Of a DNA stretch of 64,000 nt, positions 39,224 through 50,818 are shown piece by piece. The notes under the pieces are model-generated. The model did not search any database. It was given only the letters and a program-made list of their open reading frames with translations, and was not told where the DNA came from. The stretch is taken from assembly GCA_964447495.1 (NCBI GenBank), contig CAYUTF010000003.1, positions 30,684 to 94,683 of the forward strand, written 5' to 3'. The position numbers and the translations under genes are program-made. The number at the start of each line of letters is the position of its first letter. The first letter of the stretch is position 1. The stretch comes from an uncultured archaeon (GTDB taxonomy: Archaea > Asgardarchaeota > Lokiarchaeia > Sigyniarchaeales > SOKP01).

Positions 39224-39664
39224 TTAAGTGTTAGTATCCTTTAAAAACTTAAATAATCGTTCTATAATAGATTGTTTTGTGATTAAACCAATTAATTCAT
39301 TATTATCATTAACAACGGGTAATCGTTCGATACGATTAGATATCATTTTTTCTAACGCGAGATTAAATGTATCATCTTGTCCTATAGTTATGGTATCTGA
39401 AGTCATAAGATCCTTAACTCTTGTATTAGGAGAATCTAAGTTAGTCGCAAATTTGGCTAAACGAATATCTCTTTGAGTTATAATTCCAATTATTTGCTTA
39501 TTTTTACTATCCTTAATAACTGGTAATCCTCCAACATTCTTTCTTAGCATTAAGCGTTCTATTACGCTTATTTTTTCATCGGGAGTACAATAGTAAGGAT
39601 CACGAATCATAAATTCTGATACCTTAATTTTACTTAATAATTGATGCTCTTCTCCCATAATCAA
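39224..39664 (-). CDS. CBS-domain pair protein
   Basis: KVSEFM...GGLPVI...GIITQRDI; VKDLMT...RLPVV...GLIT. Confidence 0.92.
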   Translation of the reverse strand: MIMGEEHQLLSKIKVSEFMIRDPYYCTPDEKISVIERLMLRKNVGGLPVIKDSKNKQIIGIITQRDIRLAKFATNLDSPNTRVKDLMTSDTITIGQDDTFNLALEKMISNRIERLPVVNDNNELIGLITKQSIIERLFKFLKDTNT

Positions 39665-39752
39665 GACATATCCTTACTAATGCAATATTTAAGCAAGTAA
39701 AAATAACTCGTTCTTAGAATAAATAATATCCCTTTCATTTAAAAGATAATTA

Positions 39753-40163
39753 TTACTCAATTTTTAAGGTTTTTTCGAGTCTTTTTTCAAGAATTTTTAA
39801 TTCAGAATGTAAATTATTGAATGTTGTAAGTAAGAAATTTCCCCATTCATTAAGTTTTACCCAACCACCACCACCGCGTCCACCTTTGCCTGTCTCTACA
39901 GGTGAGATCCCGGTTCTAGCCTCTATTCTTTTTAAGATGCTCCAAGCATATTTATATGAATATCCACATTCTTGCGCAGCATGAGATAGAGAGTTTGAAC
40001 CCTTAACATGTTCCGATTTTATGGTTTCTAATAATTTTGCCCAACCTGACCCTAAAATGTTTGCTGATTCTTTATCTTGGAATTCTAACCATATTTTAAT
40101 CCCAAAACCAATTTTAGATTTTAATTTCTCTATATCAACTTTTTTAGTAGATTTTTTCTCCAT
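39753..40163 (-). CDS. ModE-type winged-helix regulator (DNA-binding domain only)
   Basis: LGSGWAKLLETI...SLSHAAQECGYSYKYAW...GGRGGGG..LNEWG. Confidence 0.85.
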   Translation of the reverse strand: MEKKSTKKVDIEKLKSKIGFGIKIWLEFQDKESANILGSGWAKLLETIKSEHVKGSNSLSHAAQECGYSYKYAWSILKRIEARTGISPVETGKGGRGGGGWVKLNEWGNFLLTTFNNLHSELKILEKRLEKTLKIE

Positions 40164-40206
40164 ATGAGGATGTTATTTTTCAAAATATAATTATTTTATA
40201 TTTTTG

Positions 40207-40234
40207 AATGGCAAAACATTTTAACAATGCCATT
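40207..40234. promoter_or_regulatory. Inverted repeat between divergent genes (possible operator)
   Basis: AATGGCA-N14-TGCCATT between the ModE-like regulator and the MBL hydrolase. Confidence 0.3.
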
Positions 40235-40278
40235 TTTATTTTTTCATCCATTTTAATAACAATATAGCGTGTACAGTA

Positions 40279-41028
40279 ATGTTTTCTAATTTTAGACGCA
40301 ATGTAAAAGAAGGAAGAAAAGTTGTTAATAACTTATACTTTTTTACAGAAGATCAGATGTTGGATTGCAATCAATATATTATTGCTGATTCAAATAGTGA
40401 TCAATTGACCTTGTTTGATGCGGGAAATGGATTATCTTTAAATGGATTAATAGAAGGTATGAACAAACTGGGGTTAAACTATAAAGATATTACTAATATT
40501 TTTTTGACTCATGAACATGTTGATCACGTCCTTGGTTTATATCCTCTAATGAAACTATTAAATGAGGTCCCTCCTAAACTTTATGGATATGGAGAAACTG
40601 CAAAGATTTTACAGGCAGGGGATGAATCCAAAATTTTTCCGGGAAATCTCGGAATAAAACCGAGCATGTTCGGAATCGAGATTATTCCTTTAGATATTAT
40701 TGATTTAAAAGAAACTAAGAATATTCAAATTGGTACGGATTTTAATTTTGATATCTACTATACCCCCGGTCATTCTTTGGGATCTATCTCATATTATGAC
40801 CTTGATAAGAAAATTCTGATCCCCGGCGATTTAGTTTTTACAGGTGGAAGTTTTGGAAGATATGATTTTCCAGGAGGTTCGCTTAAAGTGTTGACGCAAT
40901 CAATTAAATTTGTAAATGATCTAGATGTAAGACTTTTACTTCCTGGTCATATGGGGATTAGTTATAAAGGAAATGAAGATATTGCTCTTTCATATAGAAT
41001 GGTTCAATCAATTGGTAACTTCTTTTAG
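40279..41028 (+). CDS. Metallo-beta-lactamase-fold hydrolase
   Basis: THEHVDH, TPGHS, GD, PGH. Confidence 0.92.
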   Translation: MFSNFRRNVKEGRKVVNNLYFFTEDQMLDCNQYIIADSNSDQLTLFDAGNGLSLNGLIEGMNKLGLNYKDITNIFLTHEHVDHVLGLYPLMKLLNEVPPKLYGYGETAKILQAGDESKIFPGNLGIKPSMFGIEIIPLDIIDLKETKNIQIGTDFNFDIYYTPGHSLGSISYYDLDKKILIPGDLVFTGGSFGRYDFPGGSLKVLTQSIKFVNDLDVRLLLPGHMGISYKGNEDIALSYRMVQSIGNFF

Positions 41029-41085
41029 AAAAAATAATAAAATAAAAAAAAATTAAAAGATTTGTTACATAAGTTTTAGCTATTC

Positions 41086-41760
41086 TTATAAATTATCTAA
41101 TTCGTCTGGTTCCATGCTGATATGGCTTAATAAATAATCTATCTGTTCCTGTTTCTTGTTTATATTTAATACAGTAGTTAAAGGAATTACATCTCCTTGT
41201 CCAGGAGAGAGCACTATACTACCTGCGCGCAAAACAAAGAATTCAAAGACATCGGGAATCTCTTTTTTTATTCGCAAACTCTTGGTTGGTAAACGCTCAG
41301 CAGAAGAGAAGATACCCTTTTTATGGTAAATTTCATTTCGTTCAATTTTCCAGTAATCAAATCGTGAGCTCAAAATAACAATTCCAAGAATGAACCCAAG
41401 AATGATAACCATTAGAAAATAGAAGTCTGCAGTTAAATTGGGGTTAAAAGCGATTGCGGGCGCTGGTAGTGCAACATTTGGTAATACTAAGAATGCAAGC
41501 AGCAATATAACAACTACGGCAACGAGAACTAACACAAAAAATTTCGTCGAAGAGAAATCAAAGGCCGTTATGAAAAGATTAATAAAGAACATGATCAGCC
41601 AGAAATTTCCATACCAGGCAACTGGTGTTGGAACAAGCAATTGAAGTAGCCATAAAATGAAGGATGTTAGTAGTAAAGGCCAGAAAAATATCACTTTTGG
41701 ATAAGATCTTAAAATAACTTCGGTTATTGGTTTTTTTGGTTTTTGACTCATACTAATCAC
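41086..41760 (-). CDS. Hypothetical membrane protein
   Basis: Four TM segments followed by a soluble beta-rich tail; the real start is probably the internal ATG (MSQKPK). Confidence 0.75.
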   Translation of the reverse strand: MISMSQKPKKPITEVILRSYPKVIFFWPLLLTSFILWLLQLLVPTPVAWYGNFWLIMFFINLFITAFDFSSTKFFVLVLVAVVVILLLAFLVLPNVALPAPAIAFNPNLTADFYFLMVIILGFILGIVILSSRFDYWKIERNEIYHKKGIFSSAERLPTKSLRIKKEIPDVFEFFVLRAGSIVLSPGQGDVIPLTTVLNINKKQEQIDYLLSHISMEPDELDNL

Positions 41761-42076
41761 ATATTTCGTATTATATATTATATTTTAATTTTAAAATATT
41801 ATTTTTAATTAAATAATTGAATTATTAAAAGTATATATAGAAATGGTATTTAAAAAACCTTCTTATAATCCTAATATTATGATGGTGTAAAATATATCCT
41901 CCCTTATTTTCCTAAAGCACACATAAAGAATCATACGCGGTTTATACAGTATAATCTTTTCATTTTGCATTTTTTCTTTTCATTTATGTATTTTTTTTTA
42001 ATTTAATTTAACAATGTTATTTTGATGTTTTTTTTTAATTAAATTTAAGAATTTAATAAAATTTTTAGATGTACAG

Positions 42077-42802
42077 ATGTCTCATCCTCCAATTTTATTA
42101 TTTGATTTTGATGGGGTTGTTATTACTCAAAAAGCGCTAGAATTCACGGCATTACTTTATAAGAGAAAGAGTTTTTACAAATGGGAAAATACAAAACATT
42201 TGAGATTAATAGACTTTGCTCGATTATTTGAACAATCTGACTCGGATAATAGATTTAAAGCCATTTATCAAGCATATAAATCATACAGAACTTATATACC
42301 AAATAGATTAAGACGTATCTTATTTTTCATTAAATTTAGGCGTACATACCCTAAATATGAAATTTATGAGACATTGAAGCCAAATTTAAAAAATATTTTA
42401 GAAAAGTTAAAATTAATAAAAGTTCCATTAGGAATAGTATCCAATACAAAAGGTTCTAGATTATTATTTTTCAAAGAACATTTAGATTTAGATAAATATT
42501 TCTCTGCTTTCATTTCAAGGGATGACTCACCATATAGAAAACCACACCCATATCCCATTATCAAAATACTAACTCAACTCAAACAAAGATACCATTTTTC
42601 AATAGATAAAAATAATATCTATTTTGTCGGTGATCTTCCGAGTGATATTTTATGTGCCCATAATGCTGGTATAAAAAGTATCGCCCTTCTTAGTGGACAT
42701 GGATCAGAATTGGGATTAAAAAAAGTAAATCCTACTTATCTATTACAAGATATTACTAAATTAATCGAAATAGAACCATTCAAAAAGTTATTATTGGATT
42801 GA
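42077..42802 (+). CDS. HAD-family hydrolase
   Basis: FDFDG, VSN, KPHP, VGDLPSD. Confidence 0.92.
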   Translation: MSHPPILLFDFDGVVITQKALEFTALLYKRKSFYKWENTKHLRLIDFARLFEQSDSDNRFKAIYQAYKSYRTYIPNRLRRILFFIKFRRTYPKYEIYETLKPNLKNILEKLKLIKVPLGIVSNTKGSRLLFFKEHLDLDKYFSAFISRDDSPYRKPHPYPIIKILTQLKQRYHFSIDKNNIYFVGDLPSDILCAHNAGIKSIALLSGHGSELGLKKVNPTYLLQDITKLIEIEPFKKLLLD

Positions 42803-42821
42803 GTATTATCAAGATATTGTA

Positions 42822-45563
42822 ATGTTTAATCCGGAAGATTTTAGAGAGTTTATTTCACTTATTCCTCTCGTTAACAATTTAAATAAATATCTAAATAAAA
42901 ATAAAGCTGAAAAAATCTCAAAGATAATAGAAGATTTAGAAGAGTTAACACAAAACGAAGAATTAGCAATTCCAATTACGTACATTTTCAGTATTTTAGC
43001 CGAAAAGGATATTAAACTAATCCCAGTCAACTTAATTAAAAAATTAGAACCATTCTTAAATTCGGATGACAAAAAATTACAACTAAATACAATTATCATT
43101 ATCGGATTTTTTATTTTAAATAATCCCCAATCTATTAATTCCTACCTACCAAATTTCATGGAAATTATCACGCAAGATTCTGGCGAGATTTTAGAAAATG
43201 CTTATTTTTTTTTACAACAATTAGTAGATACTAATCCTTTATTATTATGCTCTTATAAAAGTGCTATTTTGGAATGCCTTAAAGCTGAGAAAGATGAAAA
43301 AAATCAACTATCACTATTAAAATTTATAGAATCATGTGATAATTTCGATTTTGATGGTATGTACCAATTTAGAGAGGTAGCATCTGCAATAATTTCTCAA
43401 TATTCTGAGAAAAAAGACAGCATGGTATGCACTATTTTGATTGCCAAAATATCTCAGCTTTTTCCTATAATCCAAGATATTTATAATAAAGATAGTGATT
43501 TTAAAATCCTTAGCAAAGAAATTTCAAACCTTCTCCTAATGAAAAGATATAATTTTACTACAATTGAAAAGGAGAAAGGAATTAAATTAAAAGATTATAT
43601 TCAAGAACGGCGGAAAAGCCCTCTATATGATATAAAGGTATCTTTCTATATTCACAATCCAGATGAGAACTTAATATATTTTTATGAAATCGAAAAAGCG
43701 AGACTTAATACTTTTTTTGAAAGAGCAAATAAAATTTCCGGAGATTTAATTTTGAAAAGTTTTTCACAGATTCTTGAAAATGATTCTGAATTGAAATTAT
43801 TTATGAAAACTTTAGTTAAATTAAACATTATAAAAGGGTATTTTTCAGAATTGAATTATTTTTATCCTTATACATATTTAAGGGAAATTATCCTTAAAGA
43901 CGTTCAAGAGAAAGGTTTAGTCAACTTTGATAATTATAATTATATTCCTCCCGAGTTTTTGCAAAATATTATGCAGGACTTATCAGAAAGTACGAAACAG
44001 GTTTTTCTTATAGGAAAGAATAATAAAATTTTTTATTCTTTAAAAAAAATAAATCAAAATATCAATATTGTAGCAGCAAAAAAGAGTTCAATTGATTTAA
44101 ATTCATATCACGAAAGATTAATTGACGAGGGATTTTTAAAATTAATTGAAAGTATACCAAAAGAATATTTATCACCATTTCATAAGGGGACTCAATATCT
44201 TACTAACTTAGGATTATTAAATGTAAAAAAAGAAATTGAAAATTCCAAAATTATTGGTTATTTTTCACTTTCTGAAGTTTCTTCTAAATTAAAAGTAAAT
44301 AAACTGATACTTTTTGATGTGTTGGGAGAAAATGTAGACATGAGAAGTGGTATTTTTGATGAAAACAGAAATAATTTTTACTATTCTAAATTCTTAAACG
44401 AAAAGATTGAAAAAGTTAACTTAATCAAAGATGAAATCGAAAAGAATGAAACTATCTCACAATTAGCTAAAAAGCTGAATATTAATAAAAATATAATCCT
44501 CTCAAAGTTGGATGAAAATCTTAAATCTATTGGAGAAGAAATTAAGATAAGAGATTTTATTGATATTAACGAATATCTTGATAAAACAGGTATGGATTAT
44601 GATGAATTTTTGCATTTTGTTCGAGATTTAGGTATCCCATACTTTAAAAAAGGAGATCGAATAATCATAAATCAAGATCGAATAAACGAAGCTAAAAATG
44701 ATATAAAATCTATATTAATTAATAAAGCAAAATCAGAAGATTTTATATCATTGGGTGATCTTGATTTAACTTTGAGTATTGTAAAAGAGTTATTACTTGA
44801 ATTACAAGAAGCTGAAAAAATTATAGGTATTTTTTATAATGACGGTGATAAACTAATATTTTATACAAGAAAGGGTATTGAGAACCTAATGTTAGAAAAT
44901 CAACAATTATTTTCGTTTCAAGATTTCTTCTTTGAAAAGCAACTTTCAGAATCTGAATTGCAAATATTACGTTCCATATTAGATGATCTAATAAAAAGCA
45001 AAAGATTAAAAGGTATTTTTGATGAAGAAAATTTAGTTTTTTCAAGCAATGAGGTCCTCTTTGCTCAAAACTATAATTCTACCCTTTCTGAATTTGAAAA
45101 GATAATTAAGAAATATTTTGAATATTTTGAATCTGAATTTCAAAAAATTAAAAAGATTCTAATAAAAAAAGGGGACACAATTCTTCCACAAGAAATTAAA
45201 ATAATTCAAGAAATAATTATCAAAATTAATAGTAATTATGTACATTGGAGAAGTGGATTAGAAGCATTTATTCGTAAAACTAACATACAATTGCTCAAAA
45301 AACAGGGTCTATCCCTTAAGAATTATAAATTCATGATTTTGTTACCCGATAAGAGGAAGGACATAAAATTATTTGAGGAAGATCCTGAAGTAGTTGATCT
45401 CTTAAATGGTTTTAAAGAATGGGTAAGAACTTTCAATAATATTGAATTGAAGTATGGTAATGTCATTTTTTATCAAAAAAGATTAATCACAAACCCTAAT
45501 AATGCTGAGGATAGTAAGAAGCTTGAAATTTTACTTGCTCAACTCAAACTCATAAACAATTGA
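42822..45563 (+). CDS. Large protein: HEAT/ARM-like N-terminus plus tandem winged-helix (PCI/UFL1-like) repeats
   Basis: LIKKLEPFLNSDDKKLQLNTIIIIG is HEAT-like. Repeated WH-like units: LVKLNIIKGYF, FSLSEVSSKLKVN, TISQLAKKLNIN, LIKSKRLKGIFDEENLVF. Confidence 0.6.
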   Translation: MFNPEDFREFISLIPLVNNLNKYLNKNKAEKISKIIEDLEELTQNEELAIPITYIFSILAEKDIKLIPVNLIKKLEPFLNSDDKKLQLNTIIIIGFFILNNPQSINSYLPNFMEIITQDSGEILENAYFFLQQLVDTNPLLLCSYKSAILECLKAEKDEKNQLSLLKFIESCDNFDFDGMYQFREVASAIISQYSEKKDSMVCTILIAKISQLFPIIQDIYNKDSDFKILSKEISNLLLMKRYNFTTIEKEKGIKLKDYIQERRKSPLYDIKVSFYIHNPDENLIYFYEIEKARLNTFFERANKISGDLILKSFSQILENDSELKLFMKTLVKLNIIKGYFSELNYFYPYTYLREIILKDVQEKGLVNFDNYNYIPPEFLQNIMQDLSESTKQVFLIGKNNKIFYSLKKINQNINIVAAKKSSIDLNSYHERLIDEGFLKLIESIPKEYLSPFHKGTQYLTNLGLLNVKKEIENSKIIGYFSLSEVSSKLKVNKLILFDVLGENVDMRSGIFDENRNNFYYSKFLNEKIEKVNLIKDEIEKNETISQLAKKLNINKNIILSKLDENLKSIGEEIKIRDFIDINEYLDKTGMDYDEFLHFVRDLGIPYFKKGDRIIINQDRINEAKNDIKSILINKAKSEDFISLGDLDLTLSIVKELLLELQEAEKIIGIFYNDGDKLIFYTRKGIENLMLENQQLFSFQDFFFEKQLSESELQILRSILDDLIKSKRLKGIFDEENLVFSSNEVLFAQNYNSTLSEFEKIIKKYFEYFESEFQKIKKILIKKGDTILPQEIKIIQEIIIKINSNYVHWRSGLEAFIRKTNIQLLKKQGLSLKNYKFMILLPDKRKDIKLFEEDPEVVDLLNGFKEWVRTFNNIELKYGNVIFYQKRLITNPNNAEDSKKLEILLAQLKLINN

Positions 45564-45628
45564 TGTAGGAGTACTTATTTAATAAAAGTATGTTTAAAAC
45601 TTTAAGGAGAACTTTTTAATCAAAGAGC

Positions 45629-45919
45629 TTAATCATTATTCTTTTTAGTTTCAATTGTTGATACTAAACTTTCCACATCTAATTTCTCATTAGGTTTTAT
45701 TTTGTAAGTTTTTGGTGAATATGTCCCGTTTATCTCTAAAATTCCTTCTTCTGCAAGACAATCTAGAGATCTCCATATGAAATTAATTTTTGATCGATCT
45801 GAAGATTTAATTTTATTACATCTTCGAATTCTTTTAGTATTAACTATATTAACGTTATTATCTATTAACTTATTAATTGCTTCAATAGTTTCTCGTAAAT
45901 TTTTTAAAAAGAAGTCCAT
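45629..45919 (-). CDS. Small putative winged-helix protein
   Basis: FIWRSLDCLAEEGILEINGTYSPKTYKI helix-plus-wing pattern. Confidence 0.6.
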   Translation of the reverse strand: MDFFLKNLRETIEAINKLIDNNVNIVNTKRIRRCNKIKSSDRSKINFIWRSLDCLAEEGILEINGTYSPKTYKIKPNEKLDVESLVSTIETKKNND

Positions 45920-46134
45920 AGAATGCTCATTTAAATTATTTTTTCAGATATGGAAGAGTAATTTAAATTTATTTTTAGAAATATATAAACTTTTTTTATA
46001 TCGCTTGAAAATCGCTAAAATCCCAAATACAAAAGTATAGAAAACGAAAATTAGATTTGTAATTTAAAAATAGATAATTTATTGAAAAAAAAGAACCTTT
46101 TAGGAAATTAGTGAAAAAAATAATGATTAAAAGA

Positions 46135-47739
46135 TCAATGTCTAAAAACTCGTTTGTCACAGAATACTAAAGCACAGTTAAGTTCATTTGCTTTCTCGAT
46201 CACCAACTTATCTCTAATCGATCCTCCAGGATTTATAATTGCTTTTGCTCCCGCTTTGGCAGCCACCTCTAGCCCATCTGGGAACGGAAAGAAAGAATCA
46301 GTTCCCATGAGTGAATCCTTTAATTCATCTTTATGCCCAAATTCAATTGCTTTTTGGATAGCTAACTTTACTACATGAACACGACTCTGTTGACCTGCTC
46401 CAATTCCTATTGTATATATTCCATCATTATAGGTCTGAACAAAGCAAGCTGAGTTTGATTTTGCCCATTTTGATACTTTATAAGCAAAGATTAACGCTTG
46501 TTTCTCAATTTCATTAACTTTTCGATTGCTAACAACCCTCCAGTTTTTAATTATTGACTTATTATCATACTCTTGAATTAAGACGCCTCCCAAAACACTT
46601 CTGAGTTCAGGATTGCCATATATCTCATCCCTTTTACTTAAAAAGTCATCAAATTCAAGAAGTATCATTTTCTCTTTTCTTTTAAAAATCTCAAGGGCTG
46701 CTGGTTCAAAGGATGGTGCCATCAATACTTCTATGAATATTTTCTCTTTATTTACAATAAAATCGGCAACCTCTTTTGAGACTGGCTTATTTAAACCCCA
46801 AACACCCCCAAAAGCGGACATAGGATCAGTTTTAAATGCCATTTGCACTGACTTAAACTGACTTTTTTTATTTATCGCAACTCCATTAGGGCTAGTATGC
46901 TTTAGAATTGCGGTATTATAATGTTTGTTATCAAGATCCAAGAGAATCTGCATACATGAATCAATATCAAGATAGTTGTTAAACGAAATCTCTTTTCCTG
47001 ATAATTTTTTGATATTTTGTAATCCATACTTGGAGGAAATATCCCTATAATATGCTGCTGATTGATCCCAGTTTTCACCATAGCGACAATCTTGCACCTT
47101 TTCATATACTTTAATTATATTGTTTCTAAAAGTCAAGTCTGGGTTATAATAGTGCTGTAAATAGGTAGCAATCGCAGCATCATAATCTGCCATGATAGAA
47201 AAAACTTCTTGAGCTAACTGAGCCCTTGTTTGATCGCTAATTCCCCCGAGTTCTCTCATTTCTTTAATAATCTTAGAATAATGATCTGGATTAGGTACAA
47301 CCACAACATTATTGAAGTTTTTTGCTGCAGCTCTTATCATTGTTGGACCGCCAATGTCTATCATCTCTAAAGCATCCCTAAGTGATATATTTGGTTTATT
47401 AATTGCCTCTTTAAATTTATACAGATTACATACTACCATATCTATAGGCTTTATATTATATTTTTGAGCATCTTGAATATCATTTTCATTATCTCGTCGA
47501 AATAAAATGCCTCCTTCGATTTTAGGATGCAATGTTTTAACTCTGCCATCAAACATTTCAGGTGATTGAGTGTAGTCATCTATATTAACAACTTCAATAT
47601 TATTGGCCTTTAAAAGCTTGCTAGTTCCCCCTGTTGAGAGGATCTCAACTCCAAATTCATTTCTTAATACTTTTGCAAAATCAACTAATCCATTTTTATC
47701 AAAAACAGAGACTAAAGCTCTTTCTATTTTTTTCATCAT
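46135..47739 (-). CDS. purH: Bifunctional AICAR transformylase / IMP cyclohydrolase
   Basis: RALVSVFDK, LSTGGT, GRVKTLHP, IDIGGPTMIRAAAKN, RYGEN, DSFFPFPD, RVFRH. Confidence 0.97.
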   Translation of the reverse strand: MMKKIERALVSVFDKNGLVDFAKVLRNEFGVEILSTGGTSKLLKANNIEVVNIDDYTQSPEMFDGRVKTLHPKIEGGILFRRDNENDIQDAQKYNIKPIDMVVCNLYKFKEAINKPNISLRDALEMIDIGGPTMIRAAAKNFNNVVVVPNPDHYSKIIKEMRELGGISDQTRAQLAQEVFSIMADYDAAIATYLQHYYNPDLTFRNNIIKVYEKVQDCRYGENWDQSAAYYRDISSKYGLQNIKKLSGKEISFNNYLDIDSCMQILLDLDNKHYNTAILKHTSPNGVAINKKSQFKSVQMAFKTDPMSAFGGVWGLNKPVSKEVADFIVNKEKIFIEVLMAPSFEPAALEIFKRKEKMILLEFDDFLSKRDEIYGNPELRSVLGGVLIQEYDNKSIIKNWRVVSNRKVNEIEKQALIFAYKVSKWAKSNSACFVQTYNDGIYTIGIGAGQQSRVHVVKLAIQKAIEFGHKDELKDSLMGTDSFFPFPDGLEVAAKAGAKAIINPGGSIRDKLVIEKANELNCALVFCDKRVFRH

Positions 47740-47877
47740 ATCTCGTGTTATATTATTTATTATTAAATTCTTATGCTAATATGAATTGTAAAGATTATTC
47801 TCGTAAAAAGATTTTTAATTCACGATTAATAACACCGAGTTAAGAAAAAAGATAAAAAATAGATAAAAATCGACATT

Positions 47878-49362
47878 TTAATACTTTCCAATTAAATCAT
47901 GAGTTTGTGTTTCACGTTGTCCCGTTGGTGTGATTATACCAATCTTCGCCTTTTTCATTTCTTTAATATTTTTACAACCCGAATATATCATTCCATTAAT
48001 TAATGCTTCCTTTAATGATAATAAAACTCCTGAAAGATCTCCCGTAAAGGGAACATAATCACTTACACCTTCAGCTAGCATTTTTGACCCTTCAGTGTAT
48101 CGATCTGCTACATATCCTGAAGTGCGAGCTTCTTTAGAACCCATACCTCTATATACCTTCACTTTTCTCCCTGCTATTGTATCAATAAATCCGGGACTTT
48201 CTTCTGTTCCTGCGAAGAAATGCCCGGACATTATGAAATCCGCACCTGCAGCAAATGCTTTAGGAATATCACCTGGATTTTTAAATCCTCCATCAGCGAT
48301 TAAACTAATCTTAGGATTATAATCATTAATAGCATCCGCAACTTCTGCTGTTGCAAACATAGTAGGTGCACCAACACCAGTTTGAATAGAAGTTGTACAA
48401 ATAGAACCTGAACCCATTCCAACTTTTAACCCTATAAATTTTTCACTATCAAATCCACTTTTCGTAATTATATGTTCTGCAGCTTCATATGTACCTATAT
48501 TACCTAACACAAAATCAGAATCTAAAAAATCCATAAGTTTTTTAGTTCCTTCAATATCAGTAGATTTAAAATAATCCGCGACATCAATAAAAAAGATGTC
48601 AACGTAGTTATCAATTTCCTTTAATATAACTTGAGCCTTTTTTGAATCGGGAAATTTAGGAGATAATGCTATTGCACATAATAAATGCCCCTCTTCATCC
48701 ATAGATGCAAGGGGAAATTCTGGGGCTAAGTCTTTTTTGGTTATTAAACCTTCCAAATACCCATCATCATTGATAATGGGTAATTTTTCTTTCCGAGATT
48801 TAAATAATAGATTTAATGCATCAATCCTAGAAGCTCCAGGTTTAATAGATATTACATCTTTGGTCATATAGTCTTTTACTAAACCATTATTTATCTGTTC
48901 CTCAGAATAAGGGATATCCCTTTTAGTTAAAATACCACATACTTTTTTTTCATCATTAATTACAACGAGTCCACTGATATTATAATTTTCCATCATGAAT
49001 TTAGCCTTCGATATGCGCTCCTCAGGAAATATTGTCGCTACATCATCAATCACAAATGATCTAGCTCTTTTAACAATTCTCACCATCTCTAGCTGTCTTT
49101 CAAATGAACAATTGCGGTGTAAAACGCCAAGACCACCCAAAAGGGCCATTCTTATTGCCATCATTTCTTCGGTGACTGTGTCCATAGCAGAGGTTAAAAT
49201 AGGCATATGTAATTTGTAATTTCCTAAATTCGATGACAAATTGACTTCATTGGGATCAAAGTATGTATAACCCGGTAATATTAATACATCATCAAATGTG
49301 GCAATAATATTTTCATAGTGTATTTTTTTACGATAGTAATCAGTCATTTTAAACACATCCAT
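47878..49362 (-). CDS. guaB: IMP dehydrogenase
   Basis: [20 protein letters not shown] pair, catalytic [19 protein letters not shown]. Confidence 0.96.
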   Translation of the reverse strand: MDVFKMTDYYRKKIHYENIIATFDDVLILPGYTYFDPNEVNLSSNLGNYKLHMPILTSAMDTVTEEMMAIRMALLGGLGVLHRNCSFERQLEMVRIVKRARSFVIDDVATIFPEERISKAKFMMENYNISGLVVINDEKKVCGILTKRDIPYSEEQINNGLVKDYMTKDVISIKPGASRIDALNLLFKSRKEKLPIINDDGYLEGLITKKDLAPEFPLASMDEEGHLLCAIALSPKFPDSKKAQVILKEIDNYVDIFFIDVADYFKSTDIEGTKKLMDFLDSDFVLGNIGTYEAAEHIITKSGFDSEKFIGLKVGMGSGSICTTSIQTGVGAPTMFATAEVADAINDYNPKISLIADGGFKNPGDIPKAFAAGADFIMSGHFFAGTEESPGFIDTIAGRKVKVYRGMGSKEARTSGYVADRYTEGSKMLAEGVSDYVPFTGDLSGVLLSLKEALINGMIYSGCKNIKEMKKAKIGIITPTGQRETQTHDLIGKY

Positions 49363-49595
49363 GATTTTTAGAGATAATTGATTTTTTAATTCTTCTTGAT
49401 TATATTATGAGATTTAAATATTAATAATATAGATAAGGCATATATTAAATTTTTATCAATTTAGTTTAAATAATATATATATTTTTTTAAGAATTGGAAA
49501 ATTATTGCGTTAAGATAGACTTAGATTACTATTACTGCTTGATTACAAATTTTTTAGAACGAAAAATCAAAGGATTTGCAGCTGAAAGCGTTTAA

Positions 49596-50522
49596 TCACA
49601 TCTGTGTTAAATTCTTTCTTGGTAGAATTTGAATTCTGGGATCGTTAATATATTGATCTAACGTCTTTAAGAACTTTTCTCTATCTTTCTGAATATTGGA
49701 AGTTTCTAAGGAACAATAATTACTCATATGATCATTAAAGACTTGAGAAGTAACATTATCTCCTAAATTTGCTATAATTTCCCTTTCTTCTTTAAGATTT
49801 TCGACAGGAGTTAATAACTTAAAATCACCTTTTTTCCATATTTCCCAGAGTTCTGAAAAAGGCACTATATTTAAAGTTCTAAATCTAAAAATTGTAGGAT
49901 TAATCTCTGTTAATACTCTTGAGGTCTCTTTCACATGTTCTCTAGAATATTTTTTACCCCCTAAACCAAGAATTATATATAAACTTAATTTTATACCAGC
50001 TTTCAAAATGCGTTTTCCAGCGATTATCATAGATTCAGCATTTGTACCTTTTTTCATTTTCCTTAATATGTTACTGCTTCCACTTTCTAACCCCATATAG
50101 ACAATATCTAATCCTGCATCTGCCAATTGTTTGAGTTCATTATCAGATTTTCTTAAAATATCTAAGGCTTTTGCGTAGCAACTCACTCTTGGAACATTTT
50201 TAAGTTGCTTTCTAATATGTCGAATAATTTCCGCTAGATATTCTGTAGGAGCAGAGGTAGGATTTCCTCCTGCTAAAAATACGGGGTATCCATGATAATT
50301 ATGTTCAGCATAATAATCAATATCTCTTAAAACATCTTCTATTGGACGGATTGCATAATTTTGGATTACATTATACATTCCTTTATAAGTTCCACAAAAA
50401 AGGCAACGATTCCATGAACAACCGCCCGTAACTGGAATTAAGACTGAGTGAGAGGCTCCTTCAACTGGAGGTCTAATAATTATATATTCTGGTGGTACAA
50501 TTTGTAAATCTGAATTATCCAT
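49596..50522 (-). CDS. Radical SAM protein
   Basis: RPP...GCSWNRCLFC, YMGLESG, ILGLGG. Confidence 0.9.
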   Translation of the reverse strand: MDNSDLQIVPPEYIIIRPPVEGASHSVLIPVTGGCSWNRCLFCGTYKGMYNVIQNYAIRPIEDVLRDIDYYAEHNYHGYPVFLAGGNPTSAPTEYLAEIIRHIRKQLKNVPRVSCYAKALDILRKSDNELKQLADAGLDIVYMGLESGSSNILRKMKKGTNAESMIIAGKRILKAGIKLSLYIILGLGGKKYSREHVKETSRVLTEINPTIFRFRTLNIVPFSELWEIWKKGDFKLLTPVENLKEEREIIANLGDNVTSQVFNDHMSNYCSLETSNIQKDREKFLKTLDQYINDPRIQILPRKNLTQM

Positions 50523-50818
50523 TTAAAAAACTATTATTTTTATATTTCTTTTAGGTAAGCTTAGAATTAAGAATTAAGTATTATAATGAAAAAGAATTTT
50601 AATTAGTTTATTTTTAAAAAGTAAATTGAATTCTCTTAGAAAATTAATTTTATTTTTAGTCACTATGGGAAAATAATTCAGAAAAGATAGCCTTGGGTCA
50701 TATATGAGAAAAAATAGCCTTTTAAAATCGTAGAAGAGTGCTATTTTCACATATAAAAACATTTTTTTATAATAATACTTTTTCTTGATCAAAGATTTTA
50801 TAAATTCAATCCATATGT

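Noticed and set aside
50574-50792. 72-aa intergenic ORF
   Set aside because: F/L/K/I-rich composition typical of AT-rich non-coding DNA between divergent genes.
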